Of a stretch of DNA of 64,000 nt, positions 37,605 to 45,996 are shown one piece after another. Position 1 is the stretch's first letter. Every line of letters starts with the position of its first letter. A model generated the notes under the pieces. It was not told the DNA's origin. It made no database searches and saw only the letters and a list, made by a program, of their open reading frames with translations. Source of the stretch: Blastocatellia bacterium (GTDB taxonomy: Bacteria > Acidobacteriota > Blastocatellia > UBA7656 > JADIYM01); the NCBI GenBank assembly GCA_021463145.1, contig JAJTWZ010000010.1, positions 6,766 through 70,765 of the forward strand, in the 5' to 3' direction. The translations under genes were made by a program, and so were the position numbers.

Positions 37605-40583
37605 TTACTGACCGTCGAAATCTCCGACAGTTGCAACGCCGCCGCCCGCACCGAACGCGTATGCGCGGTCAGCCGGGCCGCTCGTGTTCGAGTTGCGCAG
37701 GAAGATCACTCCCGACGCCACGACATAGATACCGATCGTGTCCGTGCCATCGTCGTTCCAGTCGCCGGCGAGAGGTTGAACCGCGCCTCCGGCACCGAAC
37801 GAGAACGTCAGGTCGGCCACGCCGTTCGTATTCGAATTGCGCAGGAAGAACGCACCCGTCACCGGATCGAACACGCCGATCGTATCGGTGCCGTCTCCAT
37901 TCCAGTCACCCGCGATCGGGACGAGGCCCGCGCCGCCGGCGCCGAACGTGAAGAGGACGTCCGCCGGACCGGACGAATTCGTGTTGCGGAGGAAGAACGC
38001 GCCAGTGGCCGGGTCGTACACGCCTATCGTGTCCACGCCGTCACCGTTCCAGTCGCCGACGAGTGGAACGGCAGTTCCACCCGCGCCAAACGTGAAGACG
38101 ATGTCAGCTGCGCCTGGAGTGTTCGAGTTGCGAAGGAAGAACGCTCCCGTCGTTGCCTCGTACGCTCCAATGTTGCTCGCGCGGTCCGCGCCGACTCCCG
38201 AACCTCCATCCCAATTTCCGGAGAGAGGCCTCATCGTCGCGCTGCCGTACGAGAACTGAAGATCGGCCGCGCCGCCCAACTGCACGTTGCGAAGGAAATG
38301 GCCACCGGAAACCGACACCGCGACCGTGTCGTTCGGCATGGCGACCGGCGCAACGAACGACTCCGTAATGCCGGAGTGATTGTTGCTTCCGCTCACGGGA
38401 CTGACGGCGCCTTCGCCGAGGCCCCGCTTCGCAAAGGCCTGCCACACCAGAGGCACGTCCTCGGGATGCGAGGCGTTCGCCGCCGTGACGATGCCGTCGC
38501 GCGCCTGCCCGAAAGTAGGTGCGTTCGGCGTGTTCTTCAGGCCGTCGGCGGCATACTGCATCGCGCGCGTCCGGCCTTCCTCGACGCCGTAAGTCTTCAT
38601 CAGCGACGCGGCCATTTCCCAGACCATGTTGCACCAGACTTCGCCCGAGTTGTGGACTTCGGATGCCGATCCACCGACGTTCGTATTTCTCGGCACCCCG
38701 CCGGGGAACGTAAGACCAGGACCGATGTCCTTGAAGGTGAGAGGGAAGATGTCCTTCCGAGTCGAGTACGGATACCGGCGGATGCCGTAGTAATAGTTGT
38801 TCGTGTAACCGGACCAGAGGAGGTATGTAGCCCACGCTCCCGTCGTGTACACGCCGTCGAGATTGTCACCCTCGCGGATGATGTTCACGAGGGCATTCCA
38901 GTCGCCCCAGCCCTCACCCATCGATCCTCCCTGACGGTTCGACAGTCCGGAGGCGTTGCCGACGAGGCGGTTCGACATGAAGTGCATCCACTCGTGCGCC
39001 ACGATGCCGAAATCGGTAGACGAGTCGCGATCGGGCTCCGGAGCCGAGAACCTGTACATCTGCATGCGCGGACGTGCACCGTCCGCAGGCGTGCTCATAT
39101 TGGCGTTGTTCGTACCGCCCTGGTCCTCGCCCTCGCCCTTGATGCTGTCGCTCTGGGCCCCGCCACGTCCGTAGTTGTTCGTCTGTGCGTTCAGCGATAC
39201 TTCGTTGAAGCCGCGCTGATACCACACGTCGTGGAGCCAGTTGTTGTAGAAGAACATGTGGACGGCCTTGGACTGGCGAACAGCCGCGTCCTGGCTCGAG
39301 TTCGTGTGCGACCAATCCGGAAAGAACTGTCCTGGCGCCGTCACGGCCCCTCGAATGTCTCCCGGGGAGAAGCCGTCGGAGCCGGTAACGTCGAGATACG
39401 AATCGACGTTGTTTCCAGTCGTCTCGACCGCGCCCGGCGGAAGCCACGGATCGGACGATCCGAGCAGGCTTTCGATCGAGATATCGTTCGTCGTCACTCC
39501 CGCGGCCTGGAAATTGTCCGGCAGGCCAGTCGGGTGCGGAGTGCCCGTGATTCCCTCCGGACTGTCGAACGGGCGGAACGGCGCCGCCGCATCGGCGAAC
39601 AGCCGGTACGTGAACGTGTCGTCCGCGGTCAGGTTCATCCTGAACAGGATCTGACCGTCGACAGCGCTGACGACATAAGAATAGTACGGACCCGCACCTG
39701 CCCCTTCGCCAGTCAGGTTGAGTTCGACGTAGTAGGCCGGAATGGCTTCGCCGGCATCGATCGGGAAAATGACCTGGCGGACGCGAAGGCCTTCTCCATA
39801 CATCGGATTGACCACTATTGCCGAACTGTCAGGGCGGTATCGGAGCATTGTGTAGCCCGAATCGTCCGTGCCGGCCGTCTCGTAGTCGCCCGCGATGAAC
39901 GTGCGCGAGGGAGCGAGGTCCTTCGACGCGCGCGCGACAGCGTCAATAGGCGAAAGCGACAGTGCCTTGCTTCCGGCTCCGGCCGCGACGCTGGGGAAGA
40001 TCGTGCCCGTCGTGCCGACGACAGCGTTCTCGCCAGCGGTCATCACGACCGAGAAATCGCTGCGGAAAACAGGAATTCCACCCACTTTCTGCTGTAGGCG
40101 AACGATCGTGGCCCCGCCCTCCGGCGACGTCACGAATACCTTCTCGAGCGTCGAAAGATCGCGAGCCGTGACGCCGTAGACGTCGGCGTTGGTGGCCAGG
40201 AAGTTCCGTGCGGCCGTCTCCGCGTCACGCGCGCCCCTGCCGGAGAGTCGCTCGCCGGCGGCAACTGTCGTGACCATTAGAGGCAATCCCGAGACCTCGT
40301 CCAGATGGAGCGTGAAGCCCTTGGCTCGTTCGGCCAGGCGATTCGTGGCTGCGGTTCGAGCGGCGCTGACTTCGTGCTTTCCGGCACGCGCGCTGACGAG
40401 CTCCTGTCTGTAATCGAAGTTCTGGGGGAACGAAGCGGCCTGTCTAGCGGTTTCCAGAACCGGATCGCGCTGCTCTGGGGTCGAGGCGAGGGCAATCTGG
40501 CTCAGTGGAGACAGCAGTGAGATCAGGCACGCGCTCGAGACGGCTGTCCGGAACGACCCGGACGCGAATCGGGATTCACGCAT
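37605..40583 (-). CDS. Secreted M36 (fungalysin-family) zinc metallopeptidase with FTP-like propeptide and C-terminal FG-GAP-like repeats
   Basis: The signal peptide is MRESRFASGSFRTAVSSACLISLLSPLSQIALA. The catalytic motif is HEWMHFMSNRL followed by GEGWGDW, which resembles the fungalysin HEYTHGLSNRL and EGWSD motifs. The C-terminus has five repeats of about 50 aa with FG, GG and DWNGDGxDTIG motifs. The start is the ATG at 40583, preceded by AAGGAGA; the track ORF extends to 40688. Confidence 0.85.
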   Translation of the reverse strand: MRESRFASGSFRTAVSSACLISLLSPLSQIALASTPEQRDPVLETARQAASFPQNFDYRQELVSARAGKHEVSAARTAATNRLAERAKGFTLHLDEVSGLPLMVTTVAAGERLSGRGARDAETAARNFLATNADVYGVTARDLSTLEKVFVTSPEGGATIVRLQQKVGGIPVFRSDFSVVMTAGENAVVGTTGTIFPSVAAGAGSKALSLSPIDAVARASKDLAPSRTFIAGDYETAGTDDSGYTMLRYRPDSSAIVVNPMYGEGLRVRQVIFPIDAGEAIPAYYVELNLTGEGAGAGPYYSYVVSAVDGQILFRMNLTADDTFTYRLFADAAAPFRPFDSPEGITGTPHPTGLPDNFQAAGVTTNDISIESLLGSSDPWLPPGAVETTGNNVDSYLDVTGSDGFSPGDIRGAVTAPGQFFPDWSHTNSSQDAAVRQSKAVHMFFYNNWLHDVWYQRGFNEVSLNAQTNNYGRGGAQSDSIKGEGEDQGGTNNANMSTPADGARPRMQMYRFSAPEPDRDSSTDFGIVAHEWMHFMSNRLVGNASGLSNRQGGSMGEGWGDWNALVNIIREGDNLDGVYTTGAWATYLLWSGYTNNYYYGIRRYPYSTRKDIFPLTFKDIGPGLTFPGGVPRNTNVGGSASEVHNSGEVWCNMVWEMAASLMKTYGVEEGRTRAMQYAADGLKNTPNAPTFGQARDGIVTAANASHPEDVPLVWQAFAKRGLGEGAVSPVSGSNNHSGITESFVAPVAMPNDTVAVSVSGGHFLRNVQLGGAADLQFSYGSATMRPLSGNWDGGSGVGADRASNIGAYEATTGAFFLRNSNTPGAADIVFTFGAGGTAVPLVGDWNGDGVDTIGVYDPATGAFFLRNTNSSGPADVLFTFGAGGAGLVPIAGDWNGDGTDTIGVFDPVTGAFFLRNSNTNGVADLTFSFGAGGAVQPLAGDWNDDGTDTIGIYVVASGVIFLRNSNTSGPADRAYAFGAGGGVATVGDFDGQ
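37608..38357 (-). repeat. Five tandem coding repeats of about 150 nt (FG-GAP-like modules) at the 3' end of the M36 protease gene
   Basis: The protein-level repeats are of the form GAFFLRNSNTxGxADxxFxFGAGGxxxPxxGDWNGDGxDTIGVYDP. Coordinates are approximate. Confidence 0.6.
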
Positions 40584-40856
40584 CAATTGAGTTCTCCTTG
40601 AAGACTTGAGTCGGTTCGACGGACTGATCGGACAAAGGATGAAGTCTACCGGCGACTTCGCGGTCGTGTCAAAGGAATGGAAGGCCATGCCGGGGGGTAT
40701 CGATCAGCGACTCGCGGGAGTGCGCGTCAGGCATAGGGTGCACCGATGCGTGTCGCGTCGATCTCGAGCGTTCGAGCGCGGCTTGAACTCGGCCGTGCGG
40801 GACCGTTCGGCCGCCGGCGTCACCCTTCAGCCCGAAACCGCCGACCGGACGGCAGG

Positions 40857-42587
40857 CTAACCGTCCGCGAAACGCTTCAGCACCACCATCGTGATGTCGT
40901 CGCCCTGTGGCATTCCCGCCGCGAATGCGAAAACGTCTTCATACACGCTGTCCAGGAACTCGAGCGCCGGCCGATCCGCCCCGGCCCGAGCCAGCCCGAG
41001 CAGGCGTTCCTCTCCGTACTCCTCGTCATCCGTGTTCGCCGCTTCGGTCACGCCGTCGGTGTACATGACGAGCAAGTCGCCGGCGCCGATCGTCACGCTC
41101 CCGTGCTCGTATGTCGAGCCCGGCATCAGACCCACCGGCAGGCCGCCGGCGTCGAGAGTCTCGGACGCCCCGCCCGCGCGGAGGAGAATCGGCGGATTGT
41201 GCCCCGCGTTCGTGTAGACGAGCGTGTGCTCGGCGGGATCGAGGATCCCGTAAAAGAATGTCGCGTACTTGTTGAAGTCCGTGTTCGCGTAGATGATCTC
41301 GCTGATCCTTCCGGCATTGGCCGCAAGATCCATCTCCGGCCCTGCCAGCGCGCGTAGCGAAGCCTGGACGTTGCTCATCAACAGCGCCGCCGGGACTCCC
41401 TTTCCCGACACGTCGGCAATCGCAATGAGCACTCGTCCGTCTCCGAGCTCGATCGTGTCGTAGTAGTCGCCGCCGACGTGGCGCGTCGGCGTCGAGCGCG
41501 CAGCTAGCTCGTAGCCCGAGATCGACGGCAGCGATTTCGGGAAGAGCAACGACTGGATGTTGCTCGCAATCGCGAGTTCTTCCTCGAGTCGCCGATTCTC
41601 GATCGTCTCTTCGATCAACCATGCATTTTCGAGTGCGACTATCGCCTGGTTCGCAAGTGCAGACGAAAACTCGAATTCGTCGGTCGAGTAAGGCCTCCCG
41701 CCGGCGCGCGGTCCGAGGCCGACGAAGCCGTGCGTAACGTCTTCCTTTCGAATCGGGACGATGCCGGAAATTCCCAGCCGTGCCAGCTCGGGCGGACAGG
41801 ACGCGTCGATCGGGCCCGGACCATCCAGACCGGCGAGCGCGTCCCAGAAGGAATCCTCGTTCCACGCCGGCGAATCGGACGGACTGATGCCGCGCAAGTG
41901 CACGATCGGTCCCGCCGGCCGCCGGAGGACGATCGCAAATTTCGTCAGCAGCAACTGGCCCATCAACGCGTACGCGAACAGCTTCAGTACCTCGGCCGCT
42001 TCGAGCGTGCCGACGAATCGCCGCCCGATCTCGAACAGAGTGTTCAACTCGTGAATCTTCCGGTCCAACCTTGCCGCAAGAGATTGCAGCTCGCCGTAGA
42101 CCCGCGAATTCTCGATCGCCGGCGAGGCGACGTTGGCAATCGACGTGAGGAATTCGAGTTCTTCCGGATGGAACGGCTTTCGTGTGAGTTTGACGCCGAG
42201 CGCAAGTACGCCAAGGCACTGTCCGGCAGCGCGCCGCAGCGGAATCACGACTGCCAGTTTGCGGTCGATGAAAAATCGAAAAGCTTCGTCTTGCGAATCG
42301 CCGATCTCGAGCATCTCGCCGGGCGGGTCGCCGAGCGCGAACTCGGTGCCGACAGGAGTGTCGGGAAGGCCTTTCGCAGCTGCAACGCGGTAGCTACCGT
42401 CCGGTCCCGGAAGGGCGAAGGCTCCACGGCCGATCGCGAAACGGCCCATCGACGCGAGCAGCAGGTGATTGAGGATCGTCTCGAGCTCCAGTGACTGGTT
42501 GAGCGTCTGACTGATCTCGAGCAGGTCCGAGAGCTCGATCAGTCGTCTCTCGTTGTCTCGTCCCTGGCGTTCCGGAGAGCCGCTCAT
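40857..42587 (-). CDS. GAF-domain PP2C-type serine phosphatase (RsbU/RsbP/SpoIIE-like)
   Basis: The N-terminus has tandem GAF-like regions. The C-terminal PP2C domain carries VGGDYYD, AIADVSGKGVPAALLMS, YTDGVTEA and DDITMVVL motifs. Confidence 0.85.
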   Translation of the reverse strand: MSGSPERQGRDNERRLIELSDLLEISQTLNQSLELETILNHLLLASMGRFAIGRGAFALPGPDGSYRVAAAKGLPDTPVGTEFALGDPPGEMLEIGDSQDEAFRFFIDRKLAVVIPLRRAAGQCLGVLALGVKLTRKPFHPEELEFLTSIANVASPAIENSRVYGELQSLAARLDRKIHELNTLFEIGRRFVGTLEAAEVLKLFAYALMGQLLLTKFAIVLRRPAGPIVHLRGISPSDSPAWNEDSFWDALAGLDGPGPIDASCPPELARLGISGIVPIRKEDVTHGFVGLGPRAGGRPYSTDEFEFSSALANQAIVALENAWLIEETIENRRLEEELAIASNIQSLLFPKSLPSISGYELAARSTPTRHVGGDYYDTIELGDGRVLIAIADVSGKGVPAALLMSNVQASLRALAGPEMDLAANAGRISEIIYANTDFNKYATFFYGILDPAEHTLVYTNAGHNPPILLRAGGASETLDAGGLPVGLMPGSTYEHGSVTIGAGDLLVMYTDGVTEAANTDDEEYGEERLLGLARAGADRPALEFLDSVYEDVFAFAAGMPQGDDITMVVLKRFADG

Positions 42588-42588
42588 G

Positions 42589-43014
42589 TCACGCGCTCAG
42601 CCGCTTGATCAGGCGAAGCCTGTTGTGACCGTCCTCGTCGACGTCGACCTCGAGCTCGTCGGTGCCCATTCGCATAAGGCGGATGCCCATACCGCCCTTG
42701 TGACCGACCAGATCCTTGAGCTCGAGTGCCTTGTGCGTATTCGGATCGAACCGGTTTCCGGAGTCGATGACGTCTACCTCGATCTTCGACTTGTCGAACC
42801 AGACGTGAACGGTGAGCTCTCGAGTCGCGTCGCTGTTGTAGGCGTGTTCGATTACGTTTGCGCACGCTTCGTCCACGGCGATCTTGAGCCGTTCCATCTC
42901 ACCGTCGCCGATCGGCGAGCGCCGCGCCGCCATCTCGACGAAATCGCGGATGACCGCGAGATTGACGGTGTCGCTCGGAACGCTGAGTTTGAAGGTCTGC
43001 TGGACGTGCTCCAC
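42589..43014 (-). CDS. Anti-sigma regulatory factor-type Ser/Thr kinase (RsbW/SpoIIAB-like, HATPase_c_2)
   Basis: The 141 aa protein has the N-box (EACANVIEHAY) and G-box (GGMGIRLM) motifs. It lies directly downstream of a STAS-domain gene. Confidence 0.8.
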   Translation of the reverse strand: MEHVQQTFKLSVPSDTVNLAVIRDFVEMAARRSPIGDGEMERLKIAVDEACANVIEHAYNSDATRELTVHVWFDKSKIEVDVIDSGNRFDPNTHKALELKDLVGHKGGMGIRLMRMGTDELEVDVDEDGHNRLRLIKRLSA

Positions 43015-43024
43015 CTCGCCTCCT

Positions 43025-43381
43025 TTACGCCGTGAACTTGCCCGCCGCTTCTTCCTCGGTCGGCGTCAGGTCGTAGAGCTGGTGGAAGCCGAGGAGCTCG
43101 AACACGTGGTAGACCTTCGGGACGAGGTTGGAAATCTTGATGTCGCCGCCGAGATCGCGCACCTGCTCGATGCATCCCATGAAAACGCCGAGCCCGGCGC
43201 TCGAAATGTAGTCAAGGTCCCTGCAGTTGACGATGATCTGGACGCGCCCGCCTTCGATCGCCTTCTGCAACTCGGTCTCGAAGTCGGGAGCCGTGTGCGC
43301 GTCGAGGAAGCCTTGCGGGTAGACGATCGTCAGGTTTCCGTCATCGCGTCGCGAGACCTTGAACCCTTCGTTCTTACTCAT
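43025..43381 (-). CDS. STAS-domain anti-sigma-factor antagonist (RsbV/SpoIIAA-like)
   Basis: The 118 aa protein has a conserved phosphorylatable Ser context (LDYISSAGLGVF). A GGAG ribosome-binding site precedes the start. Confidence 0.85.
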   Translation of the reverse strand: MSKNEGFKVSRRDDGNLTIVYPQGFLDAHTAPDFETELQKAIEGGRVQIIVNCRDLDYISSAGLGVFMGCIEQVRDLGGDIKISNLVPKVYHVFELLGFHQLYDLTPTEEEAAGKFTA

Positions 43382-43452
43382 TGTTTCTCCGGAAATGCCG
43401 TCGATGGACGGCAGCAGTATGCCCGAACTAACGTCGAATACGCCACATGCGG

Positions 43453-45996
43453 CTATCGGAAACGCACCGCGACGAGGGTGATGTCGTCGTGTTGCTGAGC
43501 GCGTCCCGCAAAAGTCCTGACGTCACGGAGCAGCGCGTTGACGACGTCCGCGGCAGTTGCGGACGTGCGGGCAATGTTGCGGGCGAACGCAATGAGACGG
43601 TCGTCCCCGTACTCGTCGCCGCGCACGTCCATCGCTTCGGTGACTCCGTCGGTATAGAGGAGCAACAGGTCGCCCGGCCTGGCCTCGACCGACTCTACGC
43701 GCAGGATGCCGTCGAGTGTGCCGGAGGCGACGGCGCCGAGTGTGACGCCGGGCGCCGAAAGGAAATCGCCATCGCCGTCCGCGCGGATCAGCAGCGGCGG
43801 ATTGTGCCCGGCGCGCGCGTATGCAATCTGGCGCGACTTGCCGTCGACGATGGCGTACGCCATCGTGACGAACGTGCCGCGGGCGAGGTTTCTGCGCAGG
43901 TGATCGTTTACGCGCGAAAGAACGCGAGCCGGATCGGCCGCCTGCCGAGTCTGCGTCACCATGTAGCTCTTCGTGAGCGTCATGTATATCGCGGCCCCGA
44001 CGCCCTTTCCCGACACGTCGCCGACCGCGATGCCCAGCCTTCCGTCCTTCAGGTCGAAATAGTCGAAATAATCGCCGCCGACCTCATTGGCGGGCACGCA
44101 TAGACCGGCAACGTCCAGCCCCGGCGAGTTCGGTGCGGCCGACGGCAGGAGCTGCGCCTGGACGCCACGCGCGACGTCGAACTCCTGTGTGATCCGGAGC
44201 CGGTCTATGGCCCGCCGCACGTGTGACGGCATTGCATCGGCCCCGCCGTCCCGCCTTGGACGCATCGTTCCGTAGATCGCGAGACCAAAAAAACCGAAGG
44301 ACGCCGCGAGCGCCCACGAGCCCATTGCCACGTGCCGGGGATTCATCGTCAGAACCACCGGGTAGGCACTGACGAAGACCATGTAGACGAAAACCGCCGT
44401 CGTCGAGGCGAGCGGCCCGCTGCGAACGAACAGGATCACAAGGCCCACTATGAGCCCGACGTAGACGATGGGAGCAATGCCCGAAGACGCGGGGAAGAAC
44501 TGCGTCAGAGAGAACGCCGCCCGCACCGACAGCATCGCGATCGTGCCAACGACGAGCAGCACCCAGATGCGTCTCGTGCGAAGCCGCGCATACGTCATCG
44601 CAAGAATTCCCGAAACCACCGTCAGCGTAATTCCCGTGACGATGCCGGAAGTGATCGGCGCAACCATCGAGGGCCACGAATTGAACCCGAACAGCGAAGC
44701 GATGGACGGCTGCGACGCGCGCGGCGAGACAAGTCCAAGGAGAGTGACTGCGCCAAGCGCCGCGAACGCCGACAAGTAACCGGCTGTCACCGGCTCGAGT
44801 GCCTCGCGGGTTCGGAAATCGCCGCGCATCCAAGCGGAAAATGGCCGCAGATTCTGTTGGGGCCAGACGAGGTATGCCTGACTCTCTCCGACGGCCCACG
44901 CGCCAGCGACGACGAACGACACCAGGAAGATCCCTATCGGCGACGTGATCGCAATGTTGAGGAAGCCGAGCCAGACTGCGATCGTTCCCGCCGAATTTCC
45001 GAACATTGCCGCAAACGTGCCTAGCATCATGATGATGCTCGCGACGGAGCCGAGGAAGATCCCCGCGAAGAGCAGAGCGGGCGAGCGCAGGTCCAGCTCG
45101 CCTTGCCGGCGCCTCACGACGAGAAGGACTCCGACGATAGTGATACCCGCCAGAATTCCGAGCACCGGAACGAGGTCGAGAGACGTGCCTACCCAGTCGA
45201 AGCTTGACGGCTCCTCCCGCCGCAGCGGGTCTACGAGGTCGAAGTCATACGCGGCCAACCTGTCGCCCCATATGATGGCTCGCGTACGCTCGGTGGATCC
45301 GAAGGGACCTTCGCGGTCCCACGTGAAATAGACTAACCGCACCCTGTCGGACGTAGATCGCGCCAGCGTCGACGTGGGGTTTCCGTCGCACTGGATCGCG
45401 TGGCGGTCAAAGAACGCCCGCGCGATCTCGAGCGCGCGTTGTTGGTCTTGTTCGGACAAGTTTGTCCGATTGTCGCTGTCGACGCCGAACAGATCATTCG
45501 TGTTCAACTCCGGAAAGGGGGGCGTCCGGGTTGCGGTCGGTCTCGAGATCGTCGTCGTGCCCGCGATCGGGGACGACGCTTCCACGTACTGAACTACGCG
45601 GCCTTCCGGAGTAGTCGCAATCGAGAGGATCGGGTCCGGTTGCCTCCGTTGCATCAGGGAAGTTCGAAGCGATCCGGGGTTCGTGAAGATCGCGGTCTCC
45701 CATCCCGGATCCGGCAACGTCCGGCGGTCCGGCGGCGGCGTTCCGGCGGCTTCTGCCAGTCTGCGTACGGTCTCGTAGTCGTCGCCCTCGACGGGAACGG
45801 TCTGGACGACGCGATTCGGGGACGTCCAGCCCTCGGCGGCGGCAAAGTCGAGCGCGACCTCCGAGATGTCGTCGCGCGAGAGCGGCATTGGACGGACGTC
45901 GCGCATGAACGCGAACCTGAAGAGCGCCAGAAATACAATCAGGCCCGCACCACCGGCGATAAAGAGTTTCGGGTGCGCTCTGAAGAAGGTCTTCAT
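43453..45996 (-). CDS. Polytopic-membrane PP2C serine phosphatase (SpoIIE-like: N-terminal extracytoplasmic domain, about 10 transmembrane helices, C-terminal PP2C)
   Basis: The 847 aa protein has an N-terminal transmembrane helix and a domain of about 250 aa before a multi-transmembrane core. The C-terminal PP2C domain carries VGGDYFDYF, AVGDVSGKGVGAAIYMT, YTDGVTEA and DDITLVAV. Confidence 0.8.
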   Translation of the reverse strand: MKTFFRAHPKLFIAGGAGLIVFLALFRFAFMRDVRPMPLSRDDISEVALDFAAAEGWTSPNRVVQTVPVEGDDYETVRRLAEAAGTPPPDRRTLPDPGWETAIFTNPGSLRTSLMQRRQPDPILSIATTPEGRVVQYVEASSPIAGTTTISRPTATRTPPFPELNTNDLFGVDSDNRTNLSEQDQQRALEIARAFFDRHAIQCDGNPTSTLARSTSDRVRLVYFTWDREGPFGSTERTRAIIWGDRLAAYDFDLVDPLRREEPSSFDWVGTSLDLVPVLGILAGITIVGVLLVVRRRQGELDLRSPALLFAGIFLGSVASIIMMLGTFAAMFGNSAGTIAVWLGFLNIAITSPIGIFLVSFVVAGAWAVGESQAYLVWPQQNLRPFSAWMRGDFRTREALEPVTAGYLSAFAALGAVTLLGLVSPRASQPSIASLFGFNSWPSMVAPITSGIVTGITLTVVSGILAMTYARLRTRRIWVLLVVGTIAMLSVRAAFSLTQFFPASSGIAPIVYVGLIVGLVILFVRSGPLASTTAVFVYMVFVSAYPVVLTMNPRHVAMGSWALAASFGFFGLAIYGTMRPRRDGGADAMPSHVRRAIDRLRITQEFDVARGVQAQLLPSAAPNSPGLDVAGLCVPANEVGGDYFDYFDLKDGRLGIAVGDVSGKGVGAAIYMTLTKSYMVTQTRQAADPARVLSRVNDHLRRNLARGTFVTMAYAIVDGKSRQIAYARAGHNPPLLIRADGDGDFLSAPGVTLGAVASGTLDGILRVESVEARPGDLLLLYTDGVTEAMDVRGDEYGDDRLIAFARNIARTSATAADVVNALLRDVRTFAGRAQQHDDITLVAVRFR

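Noticed and set aside
37539-40097. A long ORF (852 aa) on the plus strand
   Set aside because: It lies entirely antisense to the well-supported M36 protease gene. It is Arg/Ala-rich and low-complexity, as is typical of spurious antisense frames in high-GC DNA.
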